A DNA stretch of 64,000 bases from positions 535,606 to 599,605 of the forward strand of contig NMRA01000208.1 of NCBI GenBank assembly GCA_002633005.1, read 5' to 3'. Below are positions 28,090-64,000 of the stretch, one piece after another. Within the stretch, counting starts at the first letter, position 1; every line of letters starts with the position of its first letter. Under the pieces are notes generated by a model that searched no databases, was not told the DNA's origin, and was given only the letters and a program-made list of their open reading frames with translations. The position numbers were made by a program, and so were the translations under genes. The stretch is from Phoronis australis (Eukaryota > Animalia > Phoronida).

Positions 28090-30118
28090 ATCTTGCTCCA
28101 CTTAAGTCACATTATTTTGCAAACTGGATTAGCAAGAGTGATCGTTTACAAAAAGATTGCATTTAAAGATGGTCCTTCTCCACCCTGCCCCAGTTGTGTT
28201 TAGACGTATAGTTGATAATTTGGAGCAACTGATCGAGTGCAACACGCTCTAGCTCTCAAACCGGCATCAGAAATGGTCGCCGGGGTGTCAACTTGATCCA
28301 TGTCAGTCTTGCTTACTCACCCATTTACGCCCATTCAGCTGCTCTGTGTGAGTTGCTCCATGACAGGTGTCTCCCCCTGTAAATGTGGCTCATGAGGAGG
28401 TCTATTTCACCAGTTTGTACCCCTTATTAACATCTCACCTTCATCTTGATGTACTGTATTCAGCCTATGAAGTGCCCAGGGCACTGAGTCACAAAACAAC
28501 ATTTTACGTAAGAGGTGCATATCCAGCCTTAAAGCAGGAATCAATGGTATTTAAGGCATGTTCACTTTCTGCTATAATTCAGTGTTTTGATTAGCAAACA
28601 TGCTCTTTTTCACTTTGAAGTAAGTGATCTAGCCTCAAAAGTGTTTGAGAAAATGCCTGTAGGTGGGCAACAGTTAGTTTTAATGGTATGTTGTCATGTT
28701 CTGGTGGGGAAAGTGCCCACTCCTTACTGAGGGAGACGTGAAATGGTGATTTTGACTTACTAACGTTTATTATCTTTATGATATTTTTGTGCAAAAAACA
28801 GTGAAGGGATGTGCAAATCGATCACTCCCGACAGGTAGATGTCCATCATCGATTTCTTTAAAATTTTCATTTTCAATCATCATACTCATTTTAATGAAGT
28901 TACGGGCTTTGAATTTCTCACTTGTCCTTTGGCACTAACCTGGTGTGTTGGTGCATTAAAGAATCATTAATGATGGGTGACCAGTACATGGACTAGCTGG
29001 TGTATATTATATACCACTTGTCATTCATATGTTTCAAACAATGTTTGCCTATCAAGTGAGCTGGTTTTCTGTGTAATGTTTTAAAGTGGGGGTGGGGCTG
29101 AAATTTCAGTATGCTTCCCAACAGCCATCATCACCAATAACCGTTAACCTTCTTTGATCAGAGCATTTTAAGCGGAATCATTGAGAATTCAGTGTAAAAA
29201 CAGTGAGCGAGTAACCTGTGATGTCATCGTGCTTGACCTGTTGTACTACGCCAAATTCACCATGGTCTGAACTGACTGAGTGATAGTGCTTTGTACAGCA
29301 TGTATTGTTGCAAAGCACTTGACAAAAACTCTTGAAACACTGGCAATGTTATCAGTATTTTTACCCATATTTTTTCTCATAAGTGTTTTCATCTATCCAT
29401 AGATGTCTCTAGTGCGGTGTACTTTAATCACAGCTGTGAATGTGTTTTATTCAACACTCCTTAAATTTGACTTCCTTAGATTCCCCTTTGAAGCTGACAT
29501 GTAATCGGTTTGTGTTGCACCTGAAAAAGTATCTGCTTTTAACATTAGCATAACCTTGACATTTCCATGCTAAGGAGTTGTTATGATCTTACTAGTTATT
29601 GTAGTGAAGCTGGGAATCTTCCACTATATAGTCTATGATGGAAGCCCCTGAGATTTGCATGCTTCTCTCTAATCACTTTTCTAAACAGACTAAGCACTTG
29701 CAATAGCTGGCTACTATTCTGTAGTTGGTCTTGAGAAGTCTGAAAGAGTGGCAACACTGACAACAATGATGGCTTGACCTAAATAACGGTGCATTTCTAT
29801 GGAATCAATTCAATATGTATTTGATTGGTGGACCTATTATTGATATAAGTTTAGATATCAATAGAGCTGTGCCTTGGATCCTTGGCACTGAGAGCTGTAT
29901 TGCTGTGGCTGCAGTTTCATTACTATCCTAGTGGCCTTAGTCAGGTATAGAGCGGATTATCAGGTATCGACAAGTTGAAGATTGGACAGGTGAATGAAAC
30001 TGCATACCTGTGCCTTGAAGTCGTTTGGTCTTGTTTATCCGAGTGTCGCGTTGTCTTTGAATGCCTGCCAGATGTCAAGTTGTTCTGGATTCCAAGTCAT
30101 TTTAGTGGCTGCCTTAAG

Positions 30119-30186
30119 ATGTCGGTCAGGTTGAAAAATAATCTGAAAAAGCTTCGCCGGAGTATCAGCTGGCATGTATCCGGAGG
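30119..30186 (+). CDS. Candidate alternative first coding exon (MSVRLKNNLKKLRRSISWHVSG-G)
   Basis: aagATG context, 68 nt, donor GG|gtaagt in phase 2 matching exon 37825; polybasic peptide. Confidence 0.5.
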
Positions 30187-31142
30187 GTAAGTGATGTCTG
30201 TAGATTGTTTCATGTTGTGCTGGAACTGTAGATGGAGTGGATCATGCGTTAGAGTTTCATAAGTTGTTTATAAGTTGTTGTTGCTTAGTTTTCATCAATA
30301 TTCATTCTGCCCGCTTACACTCCTTTTTTCACTGTAATTTTTAGAAGAGTAATAATTCAGTCAACTGCATAATTTTATTTGGAAAAATTGTGCCTGAATG
30401 TCAAAAAATTAGGAATGAGTTGTGTATCTGATGATGAAAATGTTTAAGTAGCGACCAATATATGTCTCTCATATGACAAAATAGGTTTTGTTCTTTTTCT
30501 GATGAATTTTGTGCAGCCAAATTATAAGTAAAACTACGAAGTATGAGTTTTATTATTATTATAAAAAGGTTAAAACCTGGCTTATATGTTCACATTTGAA
30601 AGGATGTTCATGTTCTAACGTAAAGTAGTGAAATATAGATTATGTTTGATCACCTTGTCTAGTCCTATGTTTTATTGCCCCCTCTTGTATGTCAAGTTGT
30701 TTCAAGTGCTTTGTGGCCACAAATCCAGTTTTCCAAGCCACCATCATTTAGTTTGAGGAGTTAAATGCAGATTAGAACTGTGACTGACAGTTGATGCTGT
30801 TAGGATATGATGTATGTTGCATGGTAGTTATCTAAGAACTATTTACAGCTCACTAGGTGAGGTAGAGTCAACGACTCCATGCCATTTGCCAGTTCCAGCC
30901 AACCATTTTCAGAATTACTTGACTGAATTGTATGTCATTTATACACTTAAAGCTCTTTCACTGTCGCCCATGTTGTGCTGTATGTTTTTTAAACATAGGT
31001 AAACCTCCCTAGTCTTGCAGTACAGTTCATATTCCTATGAGTTTGTGTTGCTATGGAAAAGGAACCGATCAGGTGATAATGAATTATGCAAGGTTCCTAT
31101 AATGGCATGTTAGTTTGGCTTGTCCTTATATTGAACATTTAA

Positions 31143-31617
31143 TGCCCTTTTATACTAACGTTGATGTTGTTTTGGAGAGTTGCAATCAGTATGATTGGTT
31201 GACTTTGGTCCTGGATCAAAGTTAACAGCACCAGTTAACTTCGTAGTAAACATGTGGATTTCACATCGGAGCGTCGACGCTGCGGTGTGTTATGAATGGT
31301 AAACTCATCGAAGTTATCGCCAGGGGCCACTGCTATCGTCAACAATAGTTGCCTATATTTTGCTCTAATAATCACCAATCCAATTAGAAATAAGTTTTAT
31401 GTCTATTAGCACATGTAAATGTTCTCAAATTGTCACATTAAAAAAATGTTAGCGTGCACGGGATGCATCAGCACTACCTTGTGATTACTTCACTGACGAC
31501 AGACTCACCTACCGTTTACTCCGATACCATTAACTACTGAAGCTGGTATGAACGATTCAATTAACTTCGCAGCTTACGTAGACACTCTGCTCACACCAGA
31601 GTTAGTGTGAAAGGGCC
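31143..31617. mobile_element. PIF/Harbinger-like MITE
   Basis: Left taa|tgcccttttatactaac; right gttagtgtgaaagggcc|ttta (reverse complement ggccctttcacactaac). Confidence 0.5.
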
Positions 31618-34600
31618 TTTAAGCTAGAGCTTTCTACCAACTTCGTAACTTTTCTATTATTCCTGGAATAAGGGCTGATTTTGTGACCTGCGGGTTGCCA
31701 AAGCGACCTCAGATTTCATCCTATAGACAAGAGTTGGGATTGTTCGACAAATCCCATTACTCATGCACAGATACGTGTCCTGATCATCTGCTTGTCCATG
31801 AGGTAGGAGGTGAGCCTTTGCGTTATTAGTCTGAGCATTCAATATATTCCCTTTTTTTCCAGTCAACCAAAAAGTAACAAGGCTGAGCAGGTGATCTTGG
31901 GATGTTTCGCCAGGCACCTGCTCAGTTTTTCAATTCACATACCCAGGTTTTTCATTTTGGTCAATAGTCAATTGCGAGTCGTTTGTGGGGTCTAAGACCT
32001 TTGCACTCTTACTTTCTGTGTTTTCTTGTTTAGGCAACCTCATTATCCGTTTGGTGACTTGGTAGTTTTGCCAGGTCATAAGTCATGTTTGGCAAGTTTT
32101 CATTATGCGAAGCATCGAGACCTGGGTCAACTCAGTTTACAAATACAGTAACAATGGCTGACTTTCGAAATATCAGCGCCATATATAAATTCACTACCTG
32201 GCGCTAGACGGCAATCGCTGAGGTCTTTGGTGATAGGCAGGTGTTCACCACCACTCACAGATCCTACCTATGTAATGCAGACTGGTGTACACTGTGTTAA
32301 ATACCTTTCCTGCTATCATAAAGACAGCAAATTTCTTCTGCTTTGCGCTGATGTCTACTAATGGATGAAGGACATCGTGTTCCTTACATTTCCCATTGCG
32401 AAGAAGAATTTGCTCCCTGCGAAGTCAGTGGCTGCAACTGATAAAGCGGGAAAATTTCAATTCTAGCCGATGTCAAAAAGCAATTAGTGAAATCAGCCTA
32501 ATGAAAAAATGGGAGGCGCTAATAGTGGAATTTATTCCTCTGCTTTTAGATTAATATATAGTAATTGAATGTATGTCCACCAAATCTAAATATGGATTAA
32601 GTGGAAGTCACTTTCGCACTGTCGTTAGTCCGAAGAGCGCCAGTGTGACAAGTCCGCTTTTAACTTGTCACTTATCTTACTATGCGATTAAGAAATTTGG
32701 AACACTGCGTTCTTCTGTATTCTCTTTCCAGTATTGGATTTTACCAAATGCTTTTATGAATAATAAAGACCTCCTCTGTTTTTCTATAGTGACACACCGT
32801 GCTCTTCTTCAGTATTAATGTGTTATTCTTGTATTAATTGGTGTCGTGTTATTAATGTTATTAATGTTCTTGTAAATTAACCTGTCATTCATTCCTAAGG
32901 TGTCATAGTTGATTATTCTTGTCATCCAATCAAATGACTTGTTCAGGTCCAATGGAAAACAAGCATGTTTGTCAACTGTATGGTCGGAAAACAGGTTTTT
33001 GAAAAAATTGCAAATCGTTTTGTGTGCATCAAAGAGTACTACAGTTTCAAATTATTCAGTTTGGTGGATTTTAATTAAAAGTGATTACTTTGGTTACAAC
33101 AATTAGTATATCAAGTGCAGTGTGTGTCCACCAACCTCTGCATTGGATGCAAGTTTTAATTAGACTCGCATGTCAAGACAATTAATTACGTAAAGCCTAA
33201 TGAGTCATTACTATGAAGCTAGCTTTTGCTGTCTCTTCAGCTTTTTAGAACACATGGCCACAATTGAAATTCTGCCTGTCAAATTTCTCCACAATAAGAG
33301 AAGTTAAGACAATTTTAATCTGTCACTAGCATGTTTTGTATGATTTTCAGGAATATTCCTGACCAGGTTTGAACCTTGGGCACACCTGAGGGTAAAAAGT
33401 GTGCCTTGTTTCAAAAAGTTGTGCCCAGCAGACTTAGTGTTGTTAAAGTGGTAACATATGAAACAGAAATCCCAAGGGCAATTGAAATACGAACAGTCGT
33501 GTTCATGTAAAAGTTGCATTTTTATTTTGAAATTTCATACAAAATGGCAATCTGACAAAGACTTGAGACAGACAACTGTGGTGGAATGAGAATACACTGG
33601 GTGTAAGTTGACTAGAATCTTGCATTTTGGAAGCATGTTTCTTGTTTTTTTATGCAGTAATGGCGCAAAGGCATGGTCCAAGAATATCCCTGATTTTCAG
33701 ATGTCATACAACAACTTTTGGTAAAGTTTCCATTGAAAAATGCAAAATTTCAGCAACTACTTTAGGCGAATTTAATGAAGAATTACCATTTGCCCTCAAG
33801 TAGACAAAATAGTCGCTTGACTCAACAGCGCATTTTGTGGAAGAACACCCACTTATCCTAGATGACAACATTCTAGATTGCTCCGGGGTATTTTCTGTCT
33901 TAATTTCTAATTAAATGTCATGGTATTAGGCCATTTATATCCCCCTGTGTCACATCATATGTCCTTAAGCCTTTCCCGCTGCCTTCGAACATTCGGCAAC
34001 ACCGAAGCTTCGGTGAAAGTAAACATGATTCAAGACCGAAGTTAACAGCTCAAGTTAGGTCTGAAGTAAAATGGTGGATTCAACATGATTTAGATGTTAA
34101 TTAAACGATATATGGTGCTTATATTAAGTAACAAACATTCCAACTTTTTTGCCTACGTGTACCATCTCCCTGTTAACACCTTTAAAATGTGTTTATATTA
34201 TCACTTAATAGGTAGGGTCATTCTTCGCCTGTTAACGTACCGTGCTGACTAGAGACATAAAATGTCAATTTTGACAAATATTTTTTTAAGAAATGCATGA
34301 AGACTGCGTTTACATGGAAATGTGTGTTTCTCATTTCATGTAGAGTAGAAAAGGCTAATTAAAAAGTCCATTTATACATGAAAAATTGACATCTGTGATC
34401 CCAGTTAATGGCTGTCCTGCCTGTAAAGATTTGTTGGGGATTGTGTTCCTGTCTCGCAATTGATTTCTTCGCTTGATTTGTTGCCTGAAGAATTTGAGGT
34501 CTTACTGCGGTTCATTACTAGTTTTTTAATGGCTTTAAACTTTTTTCATCTGTAATTAGCCCTCTTAGCAGTTTTACGTTCCTTATCTTAAAATATTTTG

Positions 34601-36874
34601 GCAACAAATTTTCTGTCTTCTATTGAAGCTGACTGTACAACTTGCCAGTCTACCTACACTAATTATCCTGTGATGGTGCTGTACCCAGTACTGAAACAAA
34701 AAATACTGATTTAGTGTCAAAACGAGAAGTGCTTGCTGCCTAAAACCGATCCCTTCAAAACTGAACACATGACTGACTCATGCTTCTTTACCTCAGTCTT
34801 TGTAACTTACTAACAAACTGTGTCTATTTTGCAAAATGTTTCAGTACATATGTTTTGTTTCCGTTGTCGTCAATGCTTTGCTCTGAAAGTCAACCAGTGT
34901 GCAATATGCAGCTGTGCTTTCCAGTACAAAAAAATTTAAGAAAGATGTTAAAAATACTAAACCAGGACTTCTGAACTTTCATCTCATGACTTGGAACATA
35001 TGTAGGTATGCTGGTTATGCTTAATAACAACCCAAAATGCGACTCTAAAAAAATAATTGGGAATGTAACACTTGAACTATACTTAGGGTAGAAGTTCTCT
35101 AGTTTGGGAAGGTCTCTAAAATTTAAGATGCTGAGATTCAAGCCAAAGTTGAATTTTCATGATTCTGAAGATTGGGACATGCATAATTTGGCGTCCAACA
35201 TGTTTCTCAAATATTGGACACTGCATTTTGTATTACCAAAGTCTGAGAAAAATTTTTTGAAAGTAGATGGAAAATTCATCTTTCTCGTGATTCGTGAATT
35301 TGGGGGTGGTCAATACTGCTCCAACAAAATTATTAATTTTTCAGTTTACCGAACTGGAGATTTTTTACCGTAACTCAGCTTGCAGAAGAAAATGCTGGCA
35401 GCTTGACAATCAAAAATTGGAATGCACTTTGCCAGAACTGACAGGGATTCAAATCTTTAAATTAGCTACGTCTGAATATGTGTTACACTAACCCCCCCCC
35501 CCCTTCCCCCCAGGCACTTCCATCGGGAAGGCAATGGTAATTATACCACATGTCTTGATATGCCATGTGCCACGTAACAACCTCTAATAGTTTCCGTCAC
35601 AGATTCTACATTTTGAGAACCAGTTTTCTCCAGTGAATAACAGGCATCAAACTGGTTCTCAAAATCTGGGACCATTAAGTGACTATTGTAAGGGAAAGAA
35701 AATAGACTTGGTGACAGGATATGGGTTAAATATTTGATATATAGTATAAATATGTTTAACTACATGCATGTCAACCCAGTAAGTATTTTCATGCAACTTT
35801 TGTCTAATCAAAATTACTTAATCGGCACAGCAATCTTGCCGGGTTAATAACATCAACCATGAAAGTACGTGCATGGTAAGTTTTCACTGATTTTGCACAA
35901 AACAATTGCCAAAATTGCCATTTTCCATATTTCAAAGGCTTATTTCTTTACTTCAAATAAGTTTACCAAAAGTTGTTTTATGATATCTACGTAGTTAACA
36001 AACCATGCTAGTCCAGTTCAGGCCTGTGGTTTGATCTTTGTGTCCAAAACTCCTTTCGAAAATTATCCAATTGTATGGTACATTTCAAGCAAATTTACAA
36101 ATTTGTACTGAATCATGCATCGTGATTTTTTATGTTTGTATTCTAGTCAGGTGCGTTAGGCTGGGGTTTTCAGGTTAAACATTTTGGTTGGCAGCTGAGT
36201 CAGTTCAGTCATTTCTGCTCTGACATGCTTTTAGTAAATGTCAAAAACAAATTGGTATCTGATATTAGAAATACAAAGCCATCCTAGTTGGATTATTTAT
36301 AAGACGCTTAATACTTTGGAATTGTTTGATACATTTTTACTGATAAAGACATGCCGATTACTGTCGTATGAAACGTAAAGAACAAAAAATGAATGAGAGC
36401 ATCAGCAATGCGAACAAATCTAATCTTGCAAAACTCTGATTTCCGTAATCTCTTAATTCCACATCCGCAGTGTGGTCTCTTGAGCGTGGTGATGATATTT
36501 AGTTTGGATGATGAGATTATTACAAGTGAGATTGGCTGATAATTTTGTAATCAACTGTGATTGTTGTAATTTATTGTCTGGTTATCGGTATTTTCACAAA
36601 ATGTATTAAGGCTTGTAATAAATGAAAGAGTATGATCTGATGTTATGTTTCATCAACATTGTTGAACTATTTCATAGAATCATATAAGTACATCTGGTAG
36701 TACTTTTGGAAAAAGGGATTTAAGAAAAGCAAAATGAGTGTTGTTGTTTTACACAGGTGTTTGTCTGGCTAAAAAGCTAAGCTGAAAAATAAAGTTATAC
36801 AAGCACATGTTCAAGGTTGAAGTATCAAACAAAATACTGTTTGTGTCGTGAAGCTTAATTAGGTTAACAGCACA

Positions 36875-37028
36875 CATGACTGGTTATGACTATCATGACT
36901 GGTAATGACTATCATGACTGGTAATGACTATCATGACTGGTAATGACTATCATGACTGGTAATGACTATCATGAGTGGTAATGACTATCATGAGTGGTAA
37001 TGACTATCATGACTGGTAATGACTATCA
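36875..37028. repeat. 19-bp tandem repeat (atgactggtaatgactatc) x8
   Basis: Direct inspection. Confidence 0.95.
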
Positions 37029-37824
37029 AAGTAAAATTCTAATTACAGAATGGCTTTGCCACCTTTCTAATTATTCTTTATTCTCGGTCATGAGGGAAAG
37101 TTAATCTGACGAGCAATTCAAGTGCCACACAGTCGTCAAGATGGGGGAATTCTGGGTCATTTGTTTGATTATTATTGGAGTATGCCTTACTGTACTACGG
37201 TTGAAACACATATGTGAAGATATGACTGGTTCCTATATCACCTCTCCTGTCTTACAATAGCTGCTTTGCAAATCCGTACAAAACTTGGCATACTAGTATT
37301 CCCTAAGCTACATAGAACAGTAAGGACACAAGTCTGGTTGTACTGAGATCTCTGCTGTATCATACGTATTTGTGTGTGGACCTGTTATGTCAAGTTTTGT
37401 CACAATTTTATCACTGTTAGTTGTCACCATTTTGAGAAACGAATAACAGATCTGAGAACTATTAAAGTTTCATTAAACGTAAAGAGAACTAATTGCCATA
37501 TTGCCATTTTTCCAAAACCCACTACAATGTCATTGTATGCATTATATGTATGTTAATGCCAGCAGTGCTATATACAAACTATCCAAGTAAGTTTTCTTCC
37601 TGTTCGTTTTTGCTAAAAAAATCAACGAAAGGAAATTTCACTTTTCCACCATGCTGCGTTGTGAATTGAAGAAACTACCTCAGAGTTCACCAGATCAGCA
37701 GAGGAATGCGCGCTTCGCAACACGTACTTTTCCGAATGTTACAAATGCTGGATCACATGTCGTTATATTAACTTAAGGGGCCTCTCGTACTTGTGCTTAT
37801 GATTCCTTCTCTTGCTTCTTCCAG

Positions 37825-64000
<26,176 letters not shown>

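Larger units (their letters stand above)
18360..28623 (+). repeat. Duplicated block copy 2 (allele with 6.0-kb and about 1.25-kb extra segments)
   Basis: Same sequence as 15420-18358 with scattered SNPs/indels plus two large extra segments; begins immediately after an n. Confidence 0.93.

Noticed and set aside
35859-35875. Phase-2 mini first exon MKVRA(C) with gtaagt donor
   Set aside because: Very short and lies at the edge of a dispersed repeat also seen at about 465-540; chance match is likely.

Overview
AT-rich metazoan genomic DNA (spliceosomal GT-AG introns; probably a marine invertebrate, which is inference). The window is dominated by one large + strand gene, an FRMPD4/Preso1-like WW-PDZ-FERM scaffold. 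I can thread 18 phase-consistent coding exons from 37825 to the window end (about 1,457 codons; the last exon runs off the window). Bases 1-37824 look like 5' intronic sequence containing several candidate alternative first exons (13216, 14431, 30119) that are phase-compatible with the first shared exon. Repeats include a 6.0-kb DNA-transposon-like element inserted in a (TA)n microsatellite, visible as both empty and filled alleles because two haplotypes appear to be assembled in tandem (15420-18358 / 18360-28623). There is also a non-autonomous Helentron-like element carrying eight same-orientation CTCF-like motifs, several MITEs, LINE/Penelope/hAT remnants, minisatellites and a 230-nt poly-G run that is probably an artefact. 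No rRNA, tRNA, CRISPR array or prokaryotic genes are supported. Comparisons with human FRMPD4 are from recalled sequence and were not run as searches.
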